Shown one piece after another: positions 51,020 to 63,430 of a stretch of DNA of 64,000 nt; position 1 is the first letter of the stretch, and each line of letters starts with the position of its first letter. This DNA is from Heterodontus francisci (lineage: Eukaryota), in NCBI RefSeq assembly GCF_036365525.1, contig NC_090418.1, forward strand, positions 8,846,266-8,910,265, in the 5' to 3' direction. Below the pieces are notes generated by a model. That model made no database searches. It was given only the letters and a program-made list of their open reading frames with translations, and was not told the DNA's origin. A program made the position numbers and the translations under genes.

Positions 51020-51470
51020 AGAAAGACTTGCATTTATATAGCATTTTTCACAACTACTGGACGTCTCAAAGTGCTTTTAGAGCCAATGAAGTACTTTTGA
51101 AGTGTAGTCACTGTTGTAATGCAAGAAACACGGCAGCCAAATTGTGCACAGCAAGCTCCCACAAACAGCCATGTGATAATGACGAGATAATCTGTTCGTG
51201 TGATGGTGATTGAGCGAATAATATTGGTCAGAACACTGGGAATAACTTCCTTGCTCCTCTTCAAAATAGTGCTGTGGGATCTTTTTACATCCATCTGAGA
51301 GGGCTGTTGGTTTAACGTCTCAACTGAAAGACAGTACCTCCAACAGAGCAGTACTCCCTCAGTACTGCACTGGAGAGTTAACCTTGATTTTTGTGCTTAA
51401 ATCCTGGAGTGGGATTTGAACCCAGAACCTTATGATTTAGAGGTGAGAGTACTGCCAGCTGAGCCACGAC
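51020..51470 (-). mobile_element. SacSINE1-like SINE, full length, inside the Harbinger intron
   Basis: Complete reverse head, Deu core and tail. Confidence 0.85.
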
Positions 51471-53439
51471 CGACCTCTAAGTTTGTCATAAAATTTTGGC
51501 AATAATTAGTACTGCTTACCAGCTGCACCATTAGCCTCATCCACTTCTCAATTTACTACTAGTGACGTCATCGTCACTCGCAACCCTGCTACCAACAATA
51601 TCAATCAGTACTCAACCCTTCAGTTCATATGGTTTATCTCACCCTCACATACTTAGCACTGTTGCAAGCCTCACACTCACAGCTCACATGCACCGGCAGC
51701 TATTTAATCATGGCAGCCATATCATCCAAACTTACTGCAGGGCATTCACTGACACACTTCCCTCTTTCTTGCAGGAGAAGGTGGTGTTTAATAGGAGGCA
51801 GCAGGAGCAAACTGGAGGAGGACAAGTGCGCCTGCAAGGTTTAACCACTGTCAAGGAGACAGCCCAGGGAAGGGACGTCGCAGAGGCCATGGACACTGGT
51901 GACGCTGGAGGGATTAAGGATGAAGGTATCTGTGTACTTAATCCTCCTGCTCTCATCCCACTGCTCCCTCATCCCGCAATCTCCTCTGACTCATAATCTG
52001 CAGATGATAGAAGCACACCCTTCTTAACATACCCTTGTCTCTTTTTCATTTCAGTTCCCCAAGAACTGGAATCTTCCCAGTCAGAGGAGGAAGACAAAGA
52101 AGACAGTGAAGATGAAGAGACGTCATCGTCACTCGCAGCCGCCGGCTCAGAGACTGACACTGCGCGTATTTTAGAGGCTTGGCTAGAGGAGGGATCTGCG
52201 TGTGATGAGACACCGGCTGCAAGTGTGCAGGACCCGGGGCGGTGGAAAAGGATGGCACAGGTGGCAGCTCGCCCGAGGTTGAGGTTGAACACTAGTTCTG
52301 CCGCAGAGGAGTCAGATGAGGACTTTGATGGCCCAGGTTACAGGAGAATGCTGATGGGTGTACACAACCAAGTGGCTGGTGCACTGGAAAGTCTGCCAGA
52401 GAGCCTGCGGGCAATGTCAAGGAGCGTGGAGGAGTCTAGCTCCGACTTGGCACGGAGCTTTACGCAGAGCTTGAAGCTCATCCTTTCAAACATGGAACAG
52501 GTGGTTACTTCCATCAGCACACCTATGGATCCCAGCATGATGCAGCGCCTGATGGCCGAAGTCACAGCTTCCATTTCAGCACAGACGGCTTCCGTCAAAG
52601 TTCTCAGTGCTGCAGTCGAAGCTCAGACTGCTGCCTTGCAAGCTCAGACTGCTGCCGTCGTGGCTCTGGATGCCACTGTTCGAAGGGGCTTCCAGGATCT
52701 CACAGCAGTCCAGCAGATCAGCAGGAATGCTGAGGCACAGCCCCGCGAGAGTGGCAGTGGCTCCATAGCACCCGAGCCTCCTGTCCTCTCACAGGCTGAC
52801 AGCATTCCTGCTCCCACCCTCGCCACTCCGCCAGTGCCCCTGTTATTGCCCGTCGGCCACCAAGCCCGGAAAATTGCAGCCGGGCGTTCTAAGCCCAAAG
52901 CTGCGCGAGGTCACCCTCCAAGGACATCCGCAGCCTCCTCATTTGGAGCTCAGTATCTTTCCGACATCCATGCTGCAACCACTGGGGAAGCACCTTATAG
53001 GAGCACTAGGATAGACAAAGGCACATGGAAGACAGAAACCAAGGGAAACACGCAAGGGTGATTAGACTATTTCTGTGTGGATTATTTATTGAGCGAATTG
53101 ATAAAATTGACTTTGAATTTGCATTTTCTGGTGTGTTTTTTTAATTTTGTGTTGTCAGCAGGAGGATGGTGTGATGGTCAGTGACTGAGGAGAAGTAAGA
53201 AGTGTGGGACAGTTGGTGAATGGGGAGGCCTAGGTGAGGTTACGGGTATTGCTTATGAATAATCTGATCACTGGGCAGAAACTGACTTTCTACTTTGTAG
53301 ACTCTCTTCCACTTCCTGCTCCTCACTTCCTAGTTCACTTCCTCCTCCTCATAAGAGCATAAGAAATAGGAGCAGGAGTAGGCCATTCAGCCCCTCGAGC
53401 CTGCTCAGCCATTCTCGAAGATCCTCATAGGTGGGGGCT

Positions 53440-53960
53440 AGGCCTTGTCCCTCCTAATGGCCAGGTTGTGCTGCATGCACCACAAATACCTGTTCAGCTG
53501 AGTACTCCAGGGCTCCTCCAGAAAGGTCCAGGCAGGGGAGGTGTTGCTTGTGGATACCGATGGTTCCTTGTGGCAGCATGGCCCTTGTTATTGGCCTGCT
53601 GTGCACGTGTGCCTGGGTTCCTGGCCGGAGTCATGAGTCATATCATGAGGGGGTAACCCTTGACGCCCAGTTAGCCGACCTTTGACTTGCCATGGTGGGT
53701 CAAATAGAGACAGAACTGACTGCCCGCAGAATGGAATAATCATGAGTGCTGACATAACAGGCATTCGACTACCTGTGGTTGCGAACTGTCTGCATATTGA
53801 GGGAGGGGGATTCCGTTCTGGAGATGAAAATGGCTGAGTGCCGATGAGGAGCAGTGTGGGTGCAGTTAATGGCACCCTGCACCATGGGGAAGCCCGCAAT
53901 CCATGCAGAACCTTGTGCTCGCTCCTCCTGCTTGATTCTGGCAAGGAGGAATGCGATGGA
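53440..53960 (-). pseudogene. HARBI1-like DDE transposase remnant
   Basis: IAGFPMVQGAINCTH (family GAIDCTH), SLNMQ, STHDYSILR, GVKGYPL.I*LMTP (family GDKGYPL..WLMTP), CLDLSGGALEYS, HNLAI; stops and frameshifts. Confidence 0.85.
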
Positions 53961-55594
53961 CGTAGCACACTGATTCTCATCATCACCTCGCTCCTCTTGC
54001 ATGCTACCGATGGTCATTAGACATGCACGCACAAACCCCTTTACCAAGACGGAGTCCTGCGCACCTCCCAGCGCGCACTTTGGGCCCCATCTTCGAGACT
54101 TATTTGGCCATTAAAAAATGGTGCACTGCACCACCCAATTTATCCACCACTTCTTGAAATAGATACTATCTGACCAGGCTAATGTAGGGTCATCAATAGA
54201 GTAGCACCTGTGACAATGCAGCACTCCCTCAGTGTTGCATGTGATGTTGAGTCTAAGCTTGGGTGAGTGGCCAGAACCCGCAGTCTCCTGATCAAGGGGT
54301 GAGAGTGCTAACAGCCAAGGCAAACTGGTGGCAACTAAGTGAAGGGCCAAAAAATGCACATCGTGTCTTGGCCAGGGGCCATTCTCAGCAATCCTGCACC
54401 GCATCACACTGTGGGATGACAATCGTTCACTTCACTTGATAGGTACAGTTTCTAAGTGGCATTTGAGCACTTCTGCCCAGGAAAGGGAGGCCTGGGAAGT
54501 GTGAATGACAACAGGGCTAATGGTTTTAACAGGGCCCTTTCACCTGTTCTAAGGATGACCAAAATAATCTGGCCTCCTAATTGCCTCCACTGACTGGACA
54601 GCAAAACCAATCTGATGAAGGGTTTTGTTAGAGTAAATAAGGAGAAACTGTTCTCACTAACAGGAGGGTCGGTAACCAGGGGACACAACGTTGAAACAAT
54701 TGGCAAAAGAACCAGAGTTGGAGATGAGAATTTTTGTTTTATGCTGTGAGTTGTTACGATCTGCAGTGTACTGCCTGAAAAGGTGGTGGAAGCAGATTCA
54801 ATACAAACTTTTAAAAAGGAATTGAATAAGTTCTTGAAAGGGAGAAATTTGCACGGCTATTAGGAAAGAGCAGGGGGGGAGTGCAACTAATTGGATAGCT
54901 CTTTCAAAGAGCCACCACAGACACAATGGGCCGAATGGCCTCCTTCTGTGCTTTTAGATTCTATGATTCTAAATCCAATCATGCCCTCGCCCAACTTTCC
55001 CACACAAACACACACACACATTTCGGGCAGCTGGAACTGAAACGCTAGATTTCCCACCCTCCTTATTTGGTGCGCAGTTTAGAATGTCCTTGGTTTGTCT
55101 GGGGCAATGAGGTGCACTGGAGCCCATGGATAACCTCATGCTGCATCTGCAATGCACAAATAGTTTTATAAAAACACCGCACGGCCGTGGAGAGTGTGAC
55201 CAGTGTAAATATTAGACACAGGAGCGGCTTGTAACTATGCACTGTTTGCTTTGGGAACAGGAGTAGGCCATTCAGCCCCTCAAGCCTGATCCATCAGTCA
55301 GTTAGCTAGTTGGATAACTCCACCTGCCCGCCTGGATTCTGTTACCCTTGCCTAACAAAAGTCTATCAATCACAGTTTTGACATTTTCAATTGATCCTCA
55401 GTTTCAACAGCTCTTTGGGGGAGAGAGTTCCAGATTTTCACTACCCCATGTGTGAAGAAGTGCTTCCTGATAACATCCCTTGAAATGGCATTGTTCTGGG
55501 GACGGTCCTTTGAAGGGCCATTCCCTTGTTCTGTACTCTCCCACCAGATGAAATAGTTTCTCTATGTCTAACATGGAACAGAGAAGGAAAAGAA

Positions 55595-56035
55595 AGACAT
55601 GCATTCATGTAGCACCTTTCACATCCTCAGGGCATCGCAAAGTGCTTTTACAGCCAGTGAAGTTCTTTTGAAGTGTGGTCACTGTTGTAATGCAGGAAAC
55701 GCAGCAACCGATTTGTACACAGCAAGCTCCCACAAACAATGATGTAATAATGACCAGATCATATTTTTATTTTAACGGTTTTGACTGAGGGATAAATATT
55801 AACCAGGGCTTGGGGAGAACTCCCTTACTGTTCTTCAGAATAACACCATGGGATCTTTTTGCACCCACTTGAGGAAGCCTCGGTTTAATTGAGGTCCAAT
55901 CCAACAGTCACACTTCCCAAGTGCGAGCACCAGGCATGTCAGCCTAGATTATGTACTTGTGTTATTGGAGTGGGATTTTAACCCACAATATTCTGACCTA
56001 GAGATGTAAGTGCTACCCACTGAGCCACAGCTGAT
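55595..56035 (-). mobile_element. SacSINE1-like SINE
   Basis: Reverse Deu-SINE; another partial copy at about 56545-56830. Confidence 0.8.
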
Positions 56036-58294
56036 ACTAAAAGTGAGCGCCTTTGAGAAAGAAATGATAGTTAGATGATGACAAGCTTGGGTTTTAAGCC
56101 TGTAGATTGTAGGAGGATGGGCACTCTGGGAGTCCGTACCTCCGGAGATCCTGGGGAAGAGTATGTGTTGATTTCAACATAAATGGGAATGCAGTGAGTG
56201 TTATTGGGCGGGATCTTTAGAGCTTAGGAGGAGCAAGAAAGTTCAGAGTAGCACTGGCCACAGAGGACTAACCTTTTATTATGGCCCGACCACTTGTGGG
56301 CGAGAGGGCCTGGAACAGCCCGTCTGCATTAAGACGGAAACTTTATGTTGACCTGGTAAGTTTTCGAATTGGGATCCCTGGACTGCAGGGGGTTCGCGAG
56401 CAGATCCTGGGGCGGTCTTTCTGCCTCCTGTTTTCTGTATTTGTTGCCTTATTTAGCATTCTATTTCTGTTACTGAACAGTGATAAACATGTGCAGTGAG
56501 AGCATTGTTTTCCTTTGGGTAAATGACAGTGTTTGGAAAGAGCAACAACAAACTTTCATTTATACAGCGCCTTTATGACCTCAGGACGTCCCAAAGAGGT
56601 TTGCAACCAATGAAGCACTTTTGAAGTGTGGTCACTGCTCCAATGTAGGATATGCAGCAGCCACTTTGCACACCAAAAGCTCCCTCAAACAGCAATGTGA
56701 TAATGACTAAGATCTTCGGATTTTTTTTTAGTGATGTTGCTTGAAGGATGATAAATATTGGCCAAAACACCAGGGGAGAAAACTCCCCTCCGATTCTTTG
56801 ACATAGTGGGATCTTTTCCATCTATCTGACAGTTCGGACAGGGTTCCAGGGAATGAGTCAAAATTTTCAAGGGGGTCCCATAGACAGAAACATACGTTCA
56901 AAGCAGGCCCATTTTGTGTCTATAAAATGCGTAAATGATACCCTGGGAATAGCCATTCACAAATGGAGTGCAGGCTTTCAGCTGACTGCATAACCATGGG
57001 TCAGTTTAGCTTGCTCATAACGGGGTCACTGTGGGTTGCACCACTGTAAAGTATTCACGGCAATTTCTGGTCAGTGAGTTGAACGCATGCATTTGCGATT
57101 TCACTGAAGTTACTGACCAGAGGACCACGCACGCCCACCATTTTGGGCAAGTGGAACTCACCCGATCTGACCTGTGGCAGGAGCGTAGTGTTCGTAAAGC
57201 TCTCCCTGGAGTCTGCATTTCAAGGTATAGACTGTGTACGTTGTTAACAGTGACTTTACACAGGGGAGCTGGCTATATATATGAGTGTGTGTGTATGTGT
57301 GTGCAGCACATAGAGTCGCAAAGGGGAGCTTTATTAATAGAGAAATCTACGGGGAACACTGGGTTCTGACACAAACATGTTAGTTATACCCAGTGCAATT
57401 TGTAGCTTGGCATTTTGGAAGAGCACGTTAAACAAAATTGCTGGTTTGGTAAAGATCAGCCTAAACGGTGTAGGTGCAAATTTTGCATTGCACAGTCGTA
57501 TCTGTAAAGGATAATTTCACTTGGATCCTGTGCCAATGTGGAGTCTCGCTACGTGGAAACATGTCTCAGAGAGAGGACTGGATTTGATGTCTGCTGTGGC
57601 TCAGTGGCACTTGCCTCTGGTGTTGGAAGGTTGTGGCTTCAAGTCCCATGCCAGAGCCATGAGCACACAATCCAGGCTGATGCTCCTCTTTGTACGGCAC
57701 AGAAACAGGCCATTTGTTTCAGCCAGTCCATGCCGGCCTTTATGCTCCACTCCAGGCTCCTCCCATCTTTCCTCCTCTATATCTATCAGCGTAACCCTCT
57801 ATTCCCGTCCCTCTCATACGCTTGTCTAGCCTCCTTAAATGCATCTATTCTATTCACTTCAGCTACACCCTGTGGTAGCAAGTTCACATTCTCACCATGC
57901 TTTGGGTAAAGAACTTCCTTCTGAATTCCCTATTGGACTTCTTGGTAACTATCTTATATTGATGTCCTCTCGTTATACTCTTCCCCAGAACTTCAGTGCA
58001 ATACCGAGGGAGTGTTGCACTGTCGGAGGTGTCGTCCTTTGGATGAGACATTAAACTGAGGCTCTGTCTGACCCCTCAGGTGGAAATAAAAGATCCCACG
58101 ACACTATGAGAAGAGCATGGGAGCTCTCCCTGGGAGCTCTTGGGCATTGGAGATAAGGCAGAAAAGGATAACCAACATAATGGGGCGGGGGGGGGGGGCC
58201 TTGTTCAAGAACATGGGAACTGGAGGAGGACACTTAGCCCCTAGATTCTGTTCTGCCCCATTCAGAAATGGCTGCTCTGTGACCTAACTCCATA

Positions 58295-58655
58295 TTAGAT
58301 TGATTTGATTAGATTAGAGATACAGCACTGAAACAGGCCCTTCGGCCCACCGAGTCTGTGCCGACCATCAACCACCCATTTATACTAATCCTACACTAAT
58401 CCCATATTCCTACCAAACATCCCCACTGTTCCTATATTTCCCTACCACCTACCTATACTAGTGACAATTTATAATGGTCAATTTACCTACCAACCTGCAA
58501 GTCTTTTGGCTTGTGGGAGGAAACCGGAGCACCCGGAGAAAACCCACGCAGACACAGGGAGAACTTGCAAACTCCACACAGGCAGTACCCAGAATCGAAC
58601 TCGGGTCCCTGGAGCTGTGAGGCTGCAGTGCTAACCACTGCGCCACTGTGCCGCC
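58295..58655 (-). mobile_element. HE1-like V-SINE nested in a CR1 3' fragment (CR1 about 58200-59090)
   Basis: Reverse complement closely matches 45449-45783; pentamer-repeat tail; CR1 sequence 'taactccata...cctgcctttgccccata' continues on both sides. Confidence 0.9.
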
Positions 58656-59321
58656 CGCCTGTACCTGCCTTTGCCCCATATCTCTTAATACCTTTGGTTA
58701 ACAAAAATCTATCAACTTCAGATTTAAAGTTAACAATTGATCCAGCATCAGTAGCCAGTTGTGGAAGAGAGTTCCAAACATCTACCACCCTTTGTGTGTA
58801 GATGTGTTTCCTAATTTCACTCCTGAAAGGCCTGACTCTAATTTTTAGACTGTGCCCCCTCGTCCAAGACACCCCAATTAACGGAAATAGTTTCTACCCT
58901 GTCTGTTCCCTTTAATATCTTAAAAACTTTGATCAAATCACCCCTGAACCTTCTAAATTCCAGGGAATACAACCCTAGTTTTGTAATCGCTCCTCTTAAT
59001 TTAACCCTTGGAGTCCAGGTATCAGTCTGTTAAATCTACACTGCACTCTCTCCCAGGCCAATATATCCTTCCTAAGGGGTGATGCTTAAAGCACCTGAGC
59101 CACGAGAAGAGGTTGAAGAGTCTAGGGTTGTTTACTCCAGATACAGAGAGGGCTTAGGGGACATGTTACTCAAGTATCCTTAGGGGAAATTATAAATTAA
59201 AGCCCCTGTAATGTGCTGCAAATTACCACAAGCTCCAGAACCAGGAGATTCACTGTTGGCAGAGCGAAGGTGCATAGACAAATTCAGTTTAACTGTTTTA
59301 CACAAAGGGTTAGGTACAGCT

Positions 59322-59630
59322 GAGTGGCTGGCTAGGCCATTTCAGAGGGCATGTAAGAGTTAACCACATTGCTCTGGGTCTGGAGTCACATGTAGGCCAG
59401 ACCAGGTAAGGACAGCAGATTTCCTTCCCTAAAGGACATTAGTGAACCAGATGGGTTTTGACAACAATCGACAATGGTTTCATGGCCATCATTAGACTAG
59501 CTTTTAATTCCAGATTTATTAATTAAATTCAAATTCCACCTTCTGCTGTGGGATTCGAACCCATGTCCCCAGAGAAATACCCTGGGTCTCTGGGTTAATA
59601 GTCCAGTGACAATACCACTACGCCACCGCC
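59322..59630 (-). mobile_element. tRNA-derived SINE
   Basis: Minus-strand A box TGGCGTAGTGG and B box GGTTCGAATCC; body shared with 43925-44315. Confidence 0.7.
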
Positions 59631-60285
59631 TACCATTGGCCAGAAACTGAACTGGAGTAGCCATATAAATACTGTGGCTACAAGAGCAGGTCAGAGGCTA
59701 GGAATCCTGAGGCGAGTAACTCACCTCCTGACTCCCAAAAGCCTGTCCACCATCTACAAGGCACAAATCAGGAGTGTGATGGAATAGTCTCCACTTGCCG
59801 GGATGGGTGCAGCTCCAACAACACTCATGAAGCTCGACACAATCCAGGACAAAGCAGCCTGCTTGATTGGCACCCCATCTATAAACATTCACTCCCTCCA
59901 CCACCGACCCACAGTGGCAGCAGTGCGTACCATCTACAAGATGCACTGCAGCAATGCACCAAGGCTCCTTAGACAGCACCTTCCAAACCTGTGACCTCTA
60001 CCAACTAGAAGGACAAGGGTAGCACATACATGGGAACATCACCACCTGCAAGTTCCCCTCCAAGTCACACACCATCCTGACTTGGAACTATATCGCCGTT
60101 CCTTCACTGTCGCTGGGTCAAAATCCTGGAACTCCCTTCCTAACAGCACTGTGGGTATACCTACCCCAAATGGACTGCAGTGGTTCAAGAAGGAAGCTCA
60201 CCACCACCTTCTAAAGGGTAATTAGGGATGGGCAATAAATGCTGGCCTGGCCAGCGATGCTCATAATTCCATGAATGAATTTTAA
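59631..60285 (+). mobile_element. LINE family B 3' fragment
   Basis: MGAAPTTLMKLDTIQDKAACLIG...LLRQHLPN plus the family B tail. Confidence 0.85.
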
Positions 60286-61190
60286 AAAACGCAAAGGGTG
60301 GTGAACATGTGTAGCGGACCATAAGAGGCAAATTCAAGAATTGATTGATCTGTGAGAGATTGGGTGACTGATGGGTGATAGCTTTTTGTGACTGGACAAA
60401 TCTTTTCTAAACACCATCCAGTGTATCTTTGTGATTTAGGAAGGATGTCGAGGTCTTGGAGAGGGGGCAGAGGAGATTTACTAGAATGGTACCAGGGAGG
60501 AGGGACTTCAATTATGTGCAGAGACTGGAGAAGCTGGGGTTGTTCTCTTGGGGCAGAGAAGGTTAAGAAGCGATTTAATAGCGGCATTCAAAAACCCTGA
60601 AAGATTTTGATAGAGTATGTAACGAGAAACTGTTTCCACTGGCAGGAGGGTCGGTAACCAGAGAACCTCAAAATGTCAAGATGAGGAGGAATTTTTTTTT
60701 ACGCAGTGAGTTGCTGTGATCTGGAACGCGCTGCCTGAAAGGGCGGTGGAAGCAGATTCAGTAGTAACTTTCAAAAGGGGAATTGGAGAAATACTTGAAG
60801 GGGAGAAATGTGCAGGGCGATTGGGGAAAAGAGCAGGGGGGGTGGGGGAGTGGGATTAATTGGATCGGTCATTCAAAGAGCTGTCACAGGCACGATGGAT
60901 TGAATGGCCTCCTTTAGTGCTGTAAGATTCTATGATGATTGATAGTGTGCATGTTTTGAGTGATAAAACCTATCGGCCATGTCTACTCACCCAAAATGTA
61001 ACATACACTAATAAATAAAGGCTTGTAAAAGCCTTTTGGATCTGTGCCACCTCACAGTGGCTCAGCTGGTTAAGACAAAGAGGACCTGTACCTAGAAAGG
61101 TTTTAGTTTGGAGTCCAGGGCCTGTGCTCATTTTTGATCTCTAGTGGATGTGGGGTACCGCTAATTTTGTTCAGCATCACTGGGTTAGGA

Positions 61191-61563
61191 CTTGTTTGGT
61201 TGAAGGACCCCTTTTCAAGTGGATTAGTAATCACGGACTCCGTCTAAACTATGATACTATAAAATCCTCCTAATATGTAAGTGCGCCATTTAAAGAGTGC
61301 TTTAATAACGCGTTGAAGAAATCAGGTATTTGCTTACAGATTAATTCCGGATATGGCAGTCTTCGTGCCAGTCTCATCGCTTTGCCATGCTCGCTCCTCT
61401 CCTAGGTGAGACAGCCGCCTGCTCTGCGCTTCTCGTGGCAGCTGCGCTCTTCTCCCACCTCCCGGCTTGTAACAGGTCTGCTTCCAGCTGCCCGCATTGC
61501 CCACCTATAAGGCCAGTTTGCGGACCCTCTGGGTTCTGCAGACTCCCAACTTGAGAACTACTG
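61191..61563. mobile_element. Possible hAT/Charlie-like MITE remnant
   Basis: Right end TTGAGAACTACTG (reverse complement CAGTAGTTCTCAA, hAT-like terminus); left TIR missing. Confidence 0.4.
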
Positions 61564-62191
61564 GGCTAGGGGGTGGAAAAGTCAGCCAGGGTCCCTGCTC
61601 CCAACCGATGATTAGAACTCTATGCTGGAAGTACATGTGTGTTCACAAAGGGTACGGAGCAACTCATACTCTTACCATCCTCCGAGCTCTCTGCATGCCT
61701 CCAGTTCTGGCCTCTTACTCCCCCATTGGCGGCAGTGCCTTCAGCTGCCTAGGCCCTGGAATTCCCTCCCTAAATCTCTCCACCTCTCTGTCTCTCTCTT
61801 TCCTCCTTTAAGATGCTCCTTAAAACCTACCTCTATGAGCTTTTGGTCACCTGTCCGAATATTTCCTTATGTGTCTCCTGTGAAGCCACTTGGGACGTTT
61901 TACTACATAAAAGTTGTTGTATAAATGCAAGTTGTTGTTGTGCTGGATTGTGACGCTCCTTGCAGTCAAATAGCCCTATGATACACTTCCACTCTGTAGG
62001 CTCACGCACGAAGGATCGTTCACAAGGGCATGGCACCTGGAACTCTGCCCAGCAAGGAGTCAACCTCGTCAAGAGGAGAAAATTGCCAGAAAATTAATGA
62101 GACTAAAATGTTCTCTTTTGTTTAATTTCTAGCTTGCTTTGTGTTGGGGTTGGCAACTGGCCAGTTTTCAGCAATGTCTTTCTGTCAACAG

Positions 62192-62398
62192 AAACGGAAA
62201 ACTACTACAATATCGGTCGAAGTGAAGAAGTCTCAGCACAAGTACATCATAGGCCCAAAAGGTAACACCCTGCAGGAAATACTGGACTTGACCGGGGTAT
62301 CCGTGGAAATGCCATCACTGGAGAGCAGTTCTGAGACCATCATTCTCCGAGGGGAACCTGACAGACTCGGCCCAGCTCTGACTCAGGTCTATGCCAAG
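62192..62398 (+). CDS. HDLBP: Vigilin coding exon 6 (KH domain)
   Basis: KRKTTTISVEVKKSQHKYIIGPKGNTLQEILDLTGVSVEMP...LRGEPDRLGPALTQVYAK; aacag| and |gtaaac; 207 nt. Confidence 0.97.
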
Positions 62399-62534
62399 GT
62401 AAACCTAGTGGCCCCCAACAGCACAGAACTGTTAAACTCTTTTTAATATTTGGGTTTAAAGATCCCTTCCCCACCCCACCAATGCACATTCATTTTGGTT
62501 AACCACTCCCAAATGTGCAATAAGGGACATAAGA

Positions 62535-63030
62535 CAAGTGAGTCTTGCTGCAATTGGACAGGGCTTTGGTGAGACCACATCTGGAGTACTGTGCACAGTT
62601 CTGGCCTCCATATTTAAGGAAGGATATCCTTGCCTTGGAGCCAATACAACGAAGGTTCACTGGATTGGTTCCTGGGATGAGAGGGTTGTCCTAGGATGAG
62701 AGGCTGAGTAAATTGGGTCTATACTCTCTGGAGTTTAGAAGAATGAGAGGTGATCTCACTGAAACAAACAAGATTCTGAAATTTCTTCACTCAGGCGATT
62801 GTGAATCTTTGGAATTTTCTATCCCAGAAGGTTGTGGATGCTTCATCATTGAGTATATTCAAGGCTGAGATAGACATATTTTTGGTCTCTCAGGGAATCA
62901 AGGCACATGGAGAGCAGGCGGGAAAATGGAGCTGTGGCAGAAGATCAGCCATGATCGTATTGAATGGCAGAGCAGGTTCAAGGGGCCGAATGGTCTACTC
63001 CTGCTCCTATTTCTTAAATTCTTATGTTCA
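62535..63030 (+). mobile_element. CR1 LINE 3' fragment with internal deletion
   Basis: 'gggctttggtgagaccacatctggagtactgtgcacagttctgg' and the CR1 tail. Confidence 0.8.
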
Positions 63031-63199
63031 GCTTCTGGGATTCTGCCAGGGCTGCTCTTTTTCCAGGTACTAGGAGGCATGTGAGAGTGAAATTGCAACA
63101 GTTTCCTCCTTCCTACATTGGGGCAGGGCAAATGAGCTCAAGAGTTCAGTGACAAGGAGGGGTGTTGAACCTTTGTTTCACCTTGCTGCTGAATGTTGG

Positions 63200-63430
63200 T
63201 AGTGCCTTGATTGCACTTGGAGCCTCGTTGCATTGGTTGCACCCCACTACCTTGATGCTTTGTTGGTTGTCACCCCGTTCCTTGGTGTTGCATTGGCTGC
63301 AGCCCAGGACCTTGATGCTCTGCATTGATTCCAGTCCAGTGCCCTGGTATTTTTTTAGATATTCTCCAGGCCCTTAGTGCTACGTTTGGTCACTCAATGT
63401 GCATTGGTTGCACCCCTTGATGCTGTGCCT
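63200..63430. repeat. Degenerate tandem repeat, period about 30 bp
   Basis: Recurring 'ccttg(a/g)tg...gcattggttgcacccc' units. Confidence 0.65.

Larger units (their letters stand above)
50214..53061 (+). pseudogene. Harbinger Myb/SANT-like accessory gene: exon 1 disrupted; exons 51775-51925 and 52055-53061 open
   Basis: Exon 1: MEALV*DMERRRDI [insertion] QWEGIALELNARSIALRTWMQVMKKF/NDL, donor gtgagt at 50985; exon 2 EKVVFNRRQQEQTGGG; exon 3 acidic tract in frame with ORF 52225-53061. Confidence 0.75.
49880..54150. mobile_element. Decayed PIF/Harbinger DNA transposon (convergent Myb/SANT gene and DDE transposase)
   Basis: Myb-like gene on + and HARBI1-like transposase on -, tail to tail; TIRs not identified, so ends are approximate. 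Confidence 0.8.

Noticed and set aside
53769-54047. Host HARBI1 gene
   Set aside because: Catalytic motifs are mutated, the frame is broken, and it pairs with a Myb-like gene as in a transposon copy
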